From the NCBI GenBank assembly GCA_963514005.1, contig OY740814.1:12152001-12216000 (forward strand): a DNA stretch of 64,000 bases. The letters are read 5' to 3'. The notes under the pieces were generated by a model. It had not been told where the DNA came from. It saw only the letters and a list, made by a program, of their open reading frames with translations, and ran no database searches. Positions 25,810 through 38,470 of this stretch are shown here, piece after piece. Position 1 is the stretch's first letter. The number at the start of each line of letters is the position of its first letter. Origin of the DNA: Raja brachyura. Its lineage: Eukaryota. A program made the translations under genes and the position numbers.

Positions 25810-25868
25810 ATACCAAAGTCACCCAGTGGGAAGATCCTCGCTTACAGAATGTGGCCATCACTGGACCG
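25810..25868 (+). CDS. NEDD4: NEDD4 exon, WW4 second half (TKVTQWEDPRLQNVAITGP)
   Basis: tggcag acceptor, gtaagc donor, 59 nt. Confidence 0.95.
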
Positions 25869-26059
25869 GTAAGCAAACACCCACAATCTGAGTTTAAAAT
25901 CTACATTTCTATCATTGAGTCTTTCTAAGGTGTTGGAAATGCAGTCTTGGAAGGGCACAGATTTCATTTCAATGTAACAGCATAAATAAAGTTGACATTG
26001 ATCAAAAGTATATACAAGAAATTGTCCTGTACTGACCTTGATCCTGCTTTAAATTACAG

Positions 26060-26125
26060 GCAGTGCCTTACTCGAGGGATTACAAACAGAAGTATGATTA
26101 TTTCAGGAAAAAGCTACGGAAGCCG
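26060..26125 (+). CDS. NEDD4: NEDD4 exon (AVPYSRDYKQKYDYFRKKLRKP)
   Basis: ttacag acceptor, gtgaga donor, 66 nt. Confidence 0.95.
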
Positions 26126-26269
26126 GTGAGAATTGTAGTCCATTGATGGGGAAGATTTTTGTTTGTGGTTCCAATGCCATCAGTTCCATTGCCAATCAAA
26201 GAGTATATAATGTTTTGTTTGTCGATGACTTAAATATGAGAGGGGCAGTACAATTATGAGATACAAGGG

Positions 26270-26740
26270 AAAGTATTTGTATCGTAAGGTTGTATTCCCA
26301 AAATTGCTATCGGGTGGTGAGGGTAGAATGAATAGGCAGATGAATTTGTGGTTAAAAAGGTGGTTCAGGAAGGCTTTGGGTACTTGGATCATTGGGAGTG
26401 CTTCTGATTTAGGTGGGATGTGTACAAGAAGGGCAGGTTGCACTTTAACTGGAGGGGGACCCAGGCCTTTGTTAGGCTATTTGCTCGTGCTACTTGGGAA
26501 GGCTTGAACTAATTTGGCAGGGTATGGGAATCATGGTCAGAGTGCAGCAGGAAGTGAGAGAAACATAGAGGATACATCAAGCCAATTCAGTGGCCACAAC
26601 AGACATGATGCAGGTTAGGGAGTGCTGGCTGGCCCAACTGCATTGACTTTAATGCACAAATCAGTCAGATTAGCTTATGAGCATGGAGCAGCACATGGAA
26701 CCTTAATGTTTAACTTGCAGTTTAATGTCATTGGAATAAC
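26270..26740 (+). mobile_element. CR1 internal fragment (ORF1 esterase-like end / ORF2 start), decayed
   Basis: RQMNLWLKRW...YKKGRLHFNWRG resembles the CR1 ORF1 SGNH domain C-terminus. Confidence 0.6.
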
Positions 26741-27559
26741 CGGTTTTGACAAATTTATTTTTAATGGGTTACATGTAACCATATCATTTTAATGCGCATT
26801 ACATTTTCGAATTAATTTTTACTGTTGTATTTTTTATTAGCTGTAAATTTCAAATAACCGATAACTGCAGAAGCAAATACTAAATCAATATTGGAAGGAT
26901 ATTCTTAAAGTTGATGTTTTCCCATTTTGAACTTTTTTGGTGCCACTGCTGCACTTAAACAAGGTCTATGGGTTGTGTACGGTCTGTGTGGCGGCCCTAT
27001 TGATTACAAGTGTGAATTACAGATCAGCTACATCTCAAGGATAGATACTGTGACTTCAAACCACCCGATGTAACAAACTGAACCCTCTAACCCAGAGGAA
27101 ATTCCACGCTGGGGGGGGGGGAATAGTCCCTGGAGATGCCTCTCTTCATTTGTTTGGTGAAACTTTAAACCGAGTCCCTATCTGCATGTTTTGGTGGCTA
27201 CAAAAGCTGTTTTGAAGCGCAGAAGGTTCTGGTGTTCCAGTTGGTGTATCTTCCTGGAACACGACTAATAAAACAAAATTAATTGGACACTTTTCTTGTT
27301 CCTGTTTGCAGAACTTTGTGCAAACTAATCAATGCTTTGCAAAATTAAATGACTGCACTTCAAAAAGTAATTTGTTTAGTTTGATGCCACCTGGTCCATC
27401 CATGTGAATAACATTATTTAAGTGTGATGCTTTATGCACAAAATTGTGCTCCTGTCAGTGATTCTTATCTCTATCCTGCCTGTATGGATATCTACTAAAT
27501 TCAGTTGACTACATTTTAAGTATGTTGCCTCCTTGTGAAACCTAATTTGTTGCTTGCAG

Positions 27560-27789
27560 ACTGATGGTCCAAATCGATTTGAGCTGAAGCTGCGCCGTAA
27601 CACAATCTTGGAAGACTCTTACAGAAAAATAATATCTGTAAAGAGAGTAGAATTCCTTAAAGCCAGACTCTGGATTGAGTTTGATTCTGAAAAAGGATTG
27701 GATTATGGTGGTGTTGCCAGGGAATGGTTTTTTCTCCTTTCCAAAGAGATGTTCAATCCATATTATGGGTTGTTCGAATATTCTGCCAC
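27560..27789 (+). CDS. NEDD4: NEDD4 exon, HECT N-lobe (…[32 protein letters not shown])
   Basis: ttgcag acceptor, gtaagt donor, 230 nt; matches ORF track 27554-27793. Confidence 0.97.
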
Positions 27790-28285
27790 GTAAGTAAATG
27801 CTTTTCACTTTCAGAAGCTTATTTCATGGCAGAATCCTTAGGCTTGAAATGTCTGGAAAGTTTCCCTTTTTGCATTGCACTTTTGCATTATTCCTGCAGT
27901 ATTATATACACTGGGTTTTTGTTGCTGTGTTACAGTAGAGCATAGCGATGAAGATGGTTGCAAATTTTCCAATGCCCTGCTGTTGACCAGTTCCCTATCC
28001 GTGCTTGTTATTGTGTACCTGCTTCCAGATTCCCATGTACCTGGCTGCCTGGCACTTGCCTAGTGATTGTTTTATATTTTAACCCCTTAACTGACAACAT
28101 TACTTTGTTAACCATCAGTCCACCATATCTCCTATTTCCTGTAATCTGACCCCAACCCACGGACCCACAAGTCAAAATCCCCCACATACATCATGATAGC
28201 CTAATAAATCTATTATTGTACGATAACTCCATGAATCGCCAAGTGTTGGCTGCAAACCTGCTTGGGGTATCATTGCCATGGGGCA

Positions 28286-28492
28286 GTCACGGTGGCACAG
28301 CGGTAGAGTTGCTGTCTTACAGCAAAATGCAGCGCCAGAGACCCAGTTACGATCCCGACTACGGGCGCTGTCTGTATGGAGTTTGTACGTTCTCCCCGTG
28401 ATCTGCGTGATTTCTCCGAGATCTTCGGTTTCCTCCCACACACCAAAGACATACAGGTTTGTAGGTTAATTGGCTTGGTAAATGTAAAATTG
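28286..28492 (+). mobile_element. HE1-like V-SINE, 3' truncated
   Basis: tRNA head and V-domain. Confidence 0.85.
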
Positions 28493-28725
28493 ACCAAGTT
28501 GGCGATATGCAGATTACTGCCCTGCCGACTACAAAATTCAGAAGGTTCAGAAGGTTCATTGTTTGGAACCTCCATCCTATTGAGTCATTTAGGCCATTGT
28601 TGATCAGAGCTACCATCTGATGGATTTTAATATTTGTGGGATAGCTTTTGTATTCTTTTGCATGAATGACATTTTCACTCTGTGTCATCATTTAATCTAA
28701 TCGTGTAAACTTCTTTCTGCTGCAG

Positions 28726-28847
28726 GGACAATTACACCTTACAGATAAACCCAAACTCTGGACTATGCAATGAGGAGCACTTATCTTACTTTAAATTCAT
28801 AGGGCGTGTAGCTGGAATGGCAGTATTTCATGGGAAACTGTTAGATG
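28726..28847 (+). CDS. NEDD4: NEDD4 exon, HECT ([40 protein letters not shown])
   Basis: ctgcag acceptor, gtgggt donor, 122 nt. Confidence 0.96.
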
Positions 28848-28995
28848 GTGGGTACATAGGCTTACATTATTAAAAATGATATTGAATGTATTTATTTTTA
28901 AAGGAGAGTTTTTTTCTAAGCCATAAAAGAGAAGAATTTTATGCTATTTGTGTGATTATATGAACCAATTGAGATTTATTTTATTAATTATGTAG

Positions 28996-29066
28996 GATTT
29001 TTTATCCGACCCTTGTACAAGATGATGCTTCAGAAACCAATAACATTACAAGATATGGAGTCGGTG
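28996..29066 (+). CDS. NEDD4: NEDD4 exon, HECT (GFFIRPLYKMMLQKPITLQDMESV)
   Basis: atgtag acceptor, gtaagt donor, 71 nt. Confidence 0.95.
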
Positions 29067-30587
29067 GTAAGTTTTTCATGTTATAATTAAACAGAATAGA
29101 TATTCTGTGGGTTATTCCTTTGGTCACGTTACTGTGCTCTATGTAAGGTGGGATGATGTAGAGTCATTCAGCACAAAACAGGCCCCTCAGCAGGTTTACA
29201 TTTATGATATTATTGTCACACCTACAGAGGTACAGTGAAAAGCTTTGTTTTGCATGCTATCCAAACAGATCAGATATATCATACATAAATACAATGTCAA
29301 ATGCGAGTACAATAGTTAGAGCAAAGCGGAAGATGCGAGGTGCAGAATATATTTCTCAGCATTGTAGCAAATTGTCCCGCATCAATTTCATTGACAAAAA
29401 GTCCAAAGTCCTCAGTAGCGTGGAGGTGAATCGGACAGTACCTTTGTTTATGGAATGACTGTTCAAAAGCCTGAACTATTCAGAGGCCTGTATCGTGTCC
29501 ATGCCAACCATCAAGCACCAACCAACCTACAGCAAGCCAGTTTAAGAGAGCTTGGTCCACCCGTTCTATGCCATGGTGATTTGGGTGCCTAGTCGGGATA
29601 TTTTAAGTTGTGAGAGCACTCTTAGGCAGTGTGCTCCAGATTCCAAAGATCGAGGTCGGTCATCTCCATCATTAGGTGGAGTGTGGTAATTATCCTTGCT
29701 TTAATTGACCAGTTCAGATAACTTTTCCAAACCAAAGTACATCACATCAACAATTTTATCTTGTTCAGGAAGACATCATGCACTTAGTACAACTGTTTTA
29801 GATCCGGACTGAGGTATATTTATATGATTCTATATCAGTGTCTACTGCCATAACTGTGTGTATTTTTCTATACCATATTTAAATTATCATGTTTCTTTAT
29901 GCTTATTTTAAAAAAAATCTGTGCTCTGCGTCTCTCCCTTCCTCAGCTGGTCCATCATAAATTTCCAATTCAGCTGTTGCTCTGCAGATCTTTAGCCAAA
30001 GAAAGCTATTTTCAATAATCCTGCTGCCCTAATCAAGCAAAGAAATTTCCTTCCTCTCTTCCAAAACCTCATTCTTTACAAATACTTGCAATGTCTGAAA
30101 TCCTTCTAAAAGCAAACTCAGCTTTTCAGCATGTGTATGGGTCCAGCCAGAATCCTGTTTTTTTGTCCGTCCGTCCCCCCCCCCCCCCCCGTCTTTATCC
30201 TTGGCTCATGTTTTTCACTCTAATTGTGGCCAAACATATTGAAGTCTGGATGCAGCTCAGTTAGGCGAATCCATTCAGTAAACCCAGTTTATAAAAACAG
30301 TCAAAACTTCAATTGGCAAAGGAAAATCAAAATAGTTTTGATTCCAGCGTTAGTCTCCTGGAAAGTGGGACATGGGAGTTGGAATGAAGCCAAGTTTTAA
30401 TATGCTGGCATACATTTTTCCCCCCGCATCATAAATTCTGAAATTATTTGGGAAAGATTGCTTGGTTTTTACATCCATAATTAGGAGTCTGTAAAATATA
30501 AATTTTGGATTTGCATTGCATTTCAATAAGATTTATAAATGGAAAAGTATAATTGAGTAATGTGAATTTTAACCTCCAATGTTACAG

Positions 30588-30683
30588 GACAGTGAGTATT
30601 ATAATTCACTGATGTGGATTCTTGAAAATGATCCAACGGATTTGGATCTTCGGTTCGTGGTTGATGAGGAGCTGTTTGGTCAG
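30588..30683 (+). CDS. NEDD4: NEDD4 exon, HECT ([32 protein letters not shown])
   Basis: ttacag acceptor, gttggt donor, 96 nt. Confidence 0.96.
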
Positions 30684-31574
30684 GTTGGTATCATATCAGT
30701 GGTCATATCAGTGAAATATAGATAGGTTGCTTTGGTATTAGATTACCATTTTAAGTATAAGCCTCCCCCTTGCAAACAGCATTCAATGATATATAGTAAC
30801 TCAAAGCAACTGTAATAAAACCAAACTGTAATAAAACCAAGCAGGAGGAGGCCATTCGACGGGCCGAATGGCCTCCTCCTGCACCTATTTTCTATGTTTC
30901 AAGCATTAAGTGGAGTACAGCAATATTTAGCTCCAGCTTTCATTTTGTTATCCTCCATTCAGCTTCACAAGCTCCATCCAGTCACATTATAATTTTCACC
31001 TTGCATTTTGTGTCCTGTTAATGCACGATAGGAACTAACATTGATGTAACTTGTGTTAAGTTGTAGGAAAATGCAGACTAAAGGAAATGCTTGCTAACAC
31101 CAAAAAGGCACAGAGTGCTGGAGTATCTCAGCAGATCAGGCAGCATCTCTGGCCAACATAGATAGGTGGTGTTTTGGGTTGGGATCCTTCTTCAGACTGA
31201 TTGTAGTGGAGGGAGAAAGCTGGATGAGAGGTTGGGGTCTGAAGAATGGGTCCAACCCAAACTCATCTATCCATGTTCTCCAGAGATACTGCTTGACCCG
31301 TTGAGCTACTCCTGCGCTTTGTCTTTAAGTTGTTAGTAACATTGGTAATAAGGAAATGCTGAGTTTGGTGACCCTGTAAGTGTGATATAGTTGGTTGAAA
31401 TTCCTCAAAGTAAATATTGATGATAGTATTTTTCCTCCGTCATTGCCTTTGCATCAATTGACTGTCTCAGCCTTGTGTTCACAATACTATGGATTAAAGT
31501 TCTTGTGACAACTATTACATCATATGACAAATGATACAGAGCTGAATATTTATTATCCAACGTTTCAGTGAATA

Positions 31575-32527
31575 TATTTAAGGCAGAGATAGATAGATAG
31601 ATCCTTGATTAAGGTAAACACAAAATGCTGGAGAAACTCAGTGGGACAGGCAGCATCTCTGGATAGAAGGAATGGGTGACGTAATAGACAATAGGTGCAG
31701 GAGTAGGCCATTCAATATGATCATGGCTGATCATCCACAATCAGTACCCCGTTCCTGCCTTCTCCCCATATCCCCTGACTCCGCTATTTTTAAGAGCCCT
31801 ATCTAGCTCTCTCTTGAAAGCATCCAGAGAACCTGCCTCCACCGCCCTCTGAGGCAGAGAATTCCACAGACTCACCACTCTCAGTGAGAAAAAGTGTTTC
31901 CTCTTCTCCGTTCTAAATGGCTTACTCCTTATTCTTAAACTGTGGCCCCTGGTTCTGGACTCCCCCAACATCGGGAACATGTTTCCTGCCTCTAGTGTGT
32001 CCAAGCCCTTAACAATCTTATATGTTTCAATGAGATCCCCTCTCATCCTTCTAAACTCCAGAGTGTACAAGCCCAGCTGCTCCATTCTCTCAGCATATGA
32101 CAGTCCCGCCATCCCGGGAATTAACCTTGTAAACCTACGCTGCACTCCCTCAATAGCAAGAATGTCCTTCCTCAAATTAGGGGTCCAAAACTGCACACAG
32201 TACTATGTTTACACAGGTTTGGTCTCACTAGGGCTCTATACAACTGCAGAAGGACCTCTTTGCTCCTATATTGGGGTTTTGGGTCGAGACCCTTCTTCAG
32301 ACATAACACAGCTTCTTTATTAATCTGTAGTTACTCCAGCATTTTTGTGTTCACCTTTGATTTAAACCAGCATCTTCAGTTCTTTCCCACACATTAGATC
32401 CTTGAGGTTACGGGAAGAAGGCAGGAGAATGGGGTGAGGAGGGAGAGATAGATCAGCCATGATTGAATGGTGGAGTCGACTTAATGGGTCGAATGGCCTA
32501 ATTCTGCTATCACTTATGATCTTATGA
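31575..32527. mobile_element. Nested cluster: CR1 tail (+) containing a Penelope-derived element (31609-32394) containing CR1 (-) 31683-32270
   Basis: Duplication TAGATCCTTGA at 31598-31608 and 32395-32405; 151-aa CR1 ORF 31741-32196. Confidence 0.88.
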
Positions 32528-33592
32528 TTTCTGAACCCTTATTCTCGTTGCTCTTTCCTTGATCACCTTCTTAGAGATTAGAAGAGATGTCAAAAATAAT
32601 ATCAGTGGAATTTAAACTCTATTAGTGACTCCACAAGGCACTTTAGTTGTTTCAAGTACCTCTGTAGTACACCTGTAAACAAGGTGTGACTGACAGACGA
32701 TACTTCACGGTCGTAGGATGTTTGAAATCACTGAACCTTTTGACGTTGGACTTTGCACACCAGTACAAAGAGAGCCTTTTTATTTAAATATAATTTATTT
32801 TTCTTTTGCGAATGTGTGTGCGTGTGTGTAAATTTGCAGGAGATTTTTGGCTCCCTGTGGGTCGAAGAAAGGAGATGCCCTATTAAACCATGATTACTTG
32901 AATGATAGAAGGTAGTTAGTAACAAACGTAATTCCCAGCAATGGGCCTCATTGGACACTGGCACAAAATTAATTTGCTGGGTTGAAAACTATTTTAAATT
33001 TAACCAGTTGAGGCATCGTTAAAGCATTTGTCTGCAATCTCTACCTGGACTGGTCAAAGTATAAAATACAATGAAGATTATTTTAATTTATTTTCTCATG
33101 CAGTCTGCTAAAATGTCATTATCTTTGTTTGGGGAAAGGCCTTGTTAGAAGTTAGACACAGATGTATAGTTTATTATAGCAACTAAAAAAATGTTGCATG
33201 TTTTTAATTTGCATCATTGTGATGATGGTTTGTCATTTTGAAGAACGAAGTCTGGAAGCTAAAGGAACCAGTTATTTTGGCTGTATTGGAGGTGTTATGG
33301 ACTGTATTCAATTTTATATTATCAGTACACAGGTTTGTAGACCAGAAGGTGTCAGTATACGTGAGTGATATACTTACACCTCATGGTGCTGGACAATAAA
33401 ATGATGACATTTAACGTTCTGTAATGGTCATACGGTCACAAAGGTAGCACTGCCAGCAAGTTCAGTTCTACATTCATTTGCAAACCGTCATTGTGTTGCA
33501 TGTTGTACAATAAATGGACCATCTCTGCTCCCATCTGCCCTCTGGTGGTTTTGCAGTTTATTAAATGTTGGATTCATTCTTTCTTCCATCAG

Positions 33593-33666
33593 ACTCAACA
33601 GCATGAACTGAAACCTAATGGATCAGAAATATTGGTTACAAACAAAAACAAGAAAGAGTATATTCA
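33593..33666 (+). CDS. NEDD4: NEDD4 exon, HECT (TQQHELKPNGSEILVTNKNKKEYI)
   Basis: catcag acceptor, gtaagt donor, 74 nt. Confidence 0.95.
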
Positions 33667-34277
33667 GTAAGTATCTTGCAATTTATATCCTCTTTGTGCA
33701 CATTTTTTTTTAACATGTATGGATGAGGTTAGAATTTTTTAATTTTAGTTTAAAATATTCATATTAGTGTGTTGCTTAATATTTCACACTTATGGAGATG
33801 AATTATGTCCGTCTGAAAACTATCTTCCACTTGGATCCCTGTTGCTTGCAATAATTGAATGGACCATGAGGTGGTTGTAAAGTGAATCTCACTGTAGCCT
33901 TTCCAAAACTGAACTCTTGTCCATCAGTAACTCCTCCCACCATTATTGGCTGCATTAAATTAATCCATGCTAATAATATTGGTTATTTGTATGTTTTTTC
34001 TGGGTGAGGTAGCTGCATGATGCCCAATTATTGTTGGGACATGGGCAACTTTGTGGTGGGATCAAGATGCAGCTGAACTGGAACATTGAACATGAGATGT
34101 TTTTTGTTTCTTAAATTTAAATTGAATTCAGTCTCTGGTCCCAGTGGAAGGAGGAAGTACTCTCTCATGTAGTTTTGAACCGGTTGGAACATACTAACCA
34201 GATTGAAATATAGTGCACCAGTTGTGGTGCATCATCTGTTAATGAAGCATTTTGTGGACATTCTGCTTTTCTTTCAG

Positions 34278-34338
34278 CCTTGTGATGCAGTGGAGGTTTG
34301 TCAATCGAATCCAGGAGCAAATGAATGCTTTTAAAGAG
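34278..34338 (+). CDS. NEDD4: NEDD4 exon, HECT (LVMQWRFVNRIQEQMNAFKE)
   Basis: tttcag acceptor, gtaaca donor, 61 nt. Confidence 0.95.
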
Positions 34339-34449
34339 GTAACAAGATAAAACAAAACTTTTAAAATTCTATCATTTCTACTGTAGTCTGAATCTATGAC
34401 AATGACCAATAAGTTTAATTGAGCATTGTGTCCATCCAAACCATGTACC

Positions 34450-34702
34450 TGCCCGCGTTATCCGAGGGGTAACTTTTTCACACAAAGGGTGGTGGGTGTA
34501 TGGAACAAACTACCAGAGGAGGTAGTTGAGGCTGGGGCTATCCCATCATTTAAGGAACAATTAGACAGGTACATGGATAGGACAGGCTTAGAGGGATATG
34601 GACCAAGCGCAGGCAAGTGGGACTATTGTAGCTGGGACATTGTTGGCTGGTGTGGGCAAGTTGGGCCGAAGGGCCTGTTTCCACACTGTATTACTCTATG
34701 AC
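34450..34702 (+). mobile_element. CR1 LINE 3' end
   Basis: RGNFFTQRVVGVWNKLPEEVVEAG; gggccgaagggcctgtttcc tail. Confidence 0.88.
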
Positions 34703-35242
34703 TGTCTTAAATATTGTAATTATGGACGCCTTTCCCACTTCTGGCAGCTCGTTCCATGTACCTTTCCCCCTCTGTGCAGAAAAAGTTGTCCCTCTGTTTC
34801 AATTTAACTCTTACCCCTCTCACCTCGATCGCCCCAACCTCGGGAGAAAAGGAGGGAAGAAGATAATACGTTATTGCCTTCCATCACAGTGCGCTGTGGT
34901 GGATGCTTACGTTCATTTTTATGTAGTTGTGTGTCTTGTTACTTTTTTGGTATGACTGTGTGGCAAATCGAATTCCGTGTATGTTTTTACGTACTTGGCT
35001 AATAAATTAATTACAATTACAATTATCAAGTCTTTATGTGGAGCACTTAAAAATAATTATTTAATGGCCATTTTACGGAGCTGCCAATATATGTGGTCTG
35101 CAGGGTACCAAAGGCTGTTATATCATTGGAAAAGTTGGTATCAAATGTTAAAGCAATGTTTAATCTAGACTATTTAAGTGAGACATTTTTGTTATTTTTG
35201 CTGTTAATGTTCACTGTAAAATCCTGATATTTCTTCTTCTAG

Positions 35243-35302
35243 GGTTTCTTTGAACTGATCCCACTAGATGTCATAAAAATATTCGATGAGAATGAATTGG
35301 AG
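35243..35302 (+). CDS. NEDD4: NEDD4 exon, HECT (GFFELIPLDVIKIFDENELE)
   Basis: ttctag acceptor, gtaacc donor, 60 nt. Confidence 0.95.
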
Positions 35303-35394
35303 GTAACCTTTTCCATCATATTTTGCATACCTAACTATTGCATTGGACTCTGCTCTGTTCTTTGTTTTGATGGGGTTTGAATGTTGTCTTTCAG

Positions 35395-35502
35395 TTATTG
35401 ATGTGTGGACTTGGAGATGTGGATGTGAATGACTGGAGGGAGAACACAAAGTACAAAAATGGCTACAATGCGAACCATCCCGTCATGCAGTGGTTCTGGA
35501 AG
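35395..35502 (+). CDS. NEDD4: NEDD4 exon, HECT hinge/C-lobe (LLMCGLGDVDVNDWRENTKYKNGYNANHPVMQWFWK)
   Basis: tttcag acceptor, gtattt donor, 108 nt. Confidence 0.96.
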
Positions 35503-35636
35503 GTATTTGCAAGACAATTTAATCAAGTCAAGAGTGTTTTATTGTTGTATGTTCCAGATAGAACAATGAAATTCTTACTTGCTGCAGCACAACAGAATAT
35601 GTAAACATAATACTTTGTAAACAATGTAATAAACTA

Positions 35637-35975
35637 NNNNNNNNNNNNNNNNNNNNNNNNNNNNNNNNNNNNNNNNNNNNNNNNNNNNNNNNNNNNNNNN
35701 NNNNNNNNNNNNNNNNNNNNNNNNNNNNNNNNNNNNNNNNNNNNNNNNNNNNNNNNNNNNNNNNNNNNNNNNNNNNNNNNNNNNNNNNNNNNNNNNNNNN
35801 NNNNNNNNNNNNNNNNNNNNNNNNNNNNNNNNNNNNNNNNNNNNNNNNNNNNNNNNNNNNNNNNNNNNNNNNNNNNNNNNNNNNNNNNNNNNNNNNNNNN
35901 NNNNNNNNNNNNNNNNNNNNNNNNNNNNNNNNNNNNNNNNNNNNNNNNNNNNNNNNNNNNNNNNNNNNNNNNNNN
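35637..35975. other. Assembly gap (339 N), intronic
   Basis: Run of N; flanking exons join in frame (WFWK|TVLL), so no constitutive exon is missing. Confidence 0.99.
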
Positions 35976-36619
35976 GAAATGTTTCCCATTCCTTCTCTCT
36001 AGAGATGCTGCCCGTCCCGCTGAGTTACTCCAAAGTTTTGTGTCTTATCTTTTAAAAAATATATTCACGCACACGAACAACACAAAAAAAAACATACGAA
36101 GAGTGCAATACACACAACTGCAGGGGTTTATTGAGACCAATTGATGTTGCTTCCATTTGGCTTCTTAACTGATGGCCTGATTTCTTTCTAATATTTTGGC
36201 TTTTAGACCTGTCTCTATCCTTTGTTTTATTTTGTTAATTTTGTAATTATGTGGGTGTCGGTGGTAGTCGAGCAGGTATTGTTCGTGGCTAATCAACCCT
36301 ACAAAGTGGTTGTCCACTGCTGCCTTGAATGGCTCTAGTCCTTCTCATGAAGATTTTCCCCCAATGCTGTTGGGTAGAAAGAGGCAAGATGGTGAAACAG
36401 CAATGTATTTCCAAGTTGTGATGACGTAAAACTTGGAGAGAATCTGTGCATGATGTTTTTACCATGTGCCTGCTGCCCTTTTTCCTATTTGTTGATGGGA
36501 CTCATGATTTTGAGAAGTGCTGTCAGTGGAGCAAGGCAAGTAAGAATGGTGCCCGCTGATGCCATTGTGCCAGGTCAGGTGCTGGCCTGCTGCCAAAGGC
36601 CATCACTCTTGCTCACCAT

Positions 36620-36746
36620 CGGAGATTGCAACCTTCGACGAATGCAATCAACCTGGCGTGCACAATCAAATAAGATCAAATAGAACAATTTGTCCTACAA
36701 CTTTAGGCTGTGCACGCCACACGCAAGAAGAAGAAGAAGAAGAAGA
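36620..36746 (+). mobile_element. Non-LTR retroposon 3' end with (GAA)n tail, family uncertain (RTE-like)
   Basis: gcgtgcaca/tgtgcacgc inverted pair followed by cacgcaa(GAA)n. Confidence 0.45.
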
Positions 36747-37869
36747 CTATCGGAATTATGATCTTTCATATTTGGGCCAAGGCTACAATAAGGTCTGGAA
36801 CGGAGCAATCCCGGTAAAACACAAACTAGGCATCAGTGTGGAGGTTAGATTCATAAAGTCATGCAGCACGGACAGACCCTTTGACCCAACTCGTCCATTC
36901 TGGCCAAGATTCTCCTTCTAAGCTAGTCCCATATACCTGCGCTGGGCCCATATCCTGCAGGATCTTCCTTATCCATGTATCTCTACCAGGTTATTGATCT
37001 ATAAGTGTTATTTAATAGCATATTCCATCACTTTGCTGATGGGGGGGAGAACCAAAGGAGGAGCCGGCATGCTTGGTAACTTTGTCAGCGCTCTAGGTGG
37101 CTGCTATTTGAACACATTGTGTGTGCAGCAAAGAATCTCACTGTGCCGAGTCACATGTGACAATAACGTATTCCATTCCATGATTCGTCAATTGATTGAG
37201 CAGTAATTTGCTGGGTTGGATTTGTCCTTTTTGTGAATGAGATATAACTGGACGATTTTCTTCATTGAGCGCCTATGCTGTTGTTGCAACTGTGCCAGGG
37301 CAGCCTGGCTAAAGACATGGCAGGTCTTTGGTGCCGCAGCTAGAGGACTGTTGGTTCCCTAACGGTTACCTTGCTAATGTTCTCACCAGCTGCTTGTTAT
37401 CACGAGGAGTGAATTGAATTCCTCAGCACCTCATATTTTGCTCAGGTAGCTTACAACACAGCAGCATGAGCGTTGAATTTGCTAATTTTAAGTATCTTCT
37501 ATGAATACTCAGCCCCGACCCCCCCCCCCCCCCCCTCCATAGTTCGCAACAATTTATCCCTCTTAAGGTCACACCTTCCCTAGTCAATAATTGACCTCCC
37601 AGGGAACCACCCTGCCTAAGGTTACCTAGTTTGTCCTAGTCTTTACTCACCTCCAGTTCTGGTACCATTGTGGTCACTACACAACTGAGTCTCTGCCTCT
37701 GCCTGTTCCACCACAATGTGTTTGCAAAAAAACAATTAAAAACAATATTCAGAAGTGTTCTGATTCAGGTGCTAGCAAGGCACTAAGTGAAAAAGAGGAG
37801 ACATGAACACCTTAGTTTGTAGAATATTTGTGTGTGTGGAATAAAAGTAAGAATTGTAAAAAATAATAA

Positions 37870-38019
<150 letters not shown>

Positions 38020-38133
38020 TAAGAGAGAATTTAGAAGATTTTTTCAAAAATCAAAGATGAATAAATGTAGAAATGTATGATTCTGTTCATTTTAAATGGG
38101 TGAAAGATGTGTTTTTGTTCTCTTTTATTCGAG

Positions 38134-38206
38134 GATCGAATGGACCACAGTTATTTACCATTGAGCAGTGGGGAACACCTGAAAAATTACCAAGAGCTCA
38201 TACATG
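38134..38206 (+). CDS. NEDD4: NEDD4 exon, HECT C-lobe up to catalytic Cys ([25 protein letters not shown])
   Basis: acceptor ttcGAG, donor gtaact, 73 nt; Cys codon split TG|T across the junction. Confidence 0.94.
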
Positions 38207-38329
38207 GTAACTTTTACATTTTTGCCTTTTTATAAAAGTGTGTCGGGAAGATAATTCCATGACCAGTCTGATTCTGAAATGTCGAAGAACTTGAAGCTTA
38301 ATATAAAAAAAAAACCTCCCTTTTGCTAA

Positions 38330-38470
<141 letters not shown>

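Noticed and set aside
30175-30190. Poly-C/G runs (also 2315, 27111, 37519, 55529) as functional G-quadruplexes
   Set aside because: Simple homopolymers of unreliable length, mostly within or next to repeats.
35528-35989. 153-aa ORF, or a missing exon in the gap
   Set aside because: Artefact of the N run. The flanking exons splice in frame with no missing HECT residues.
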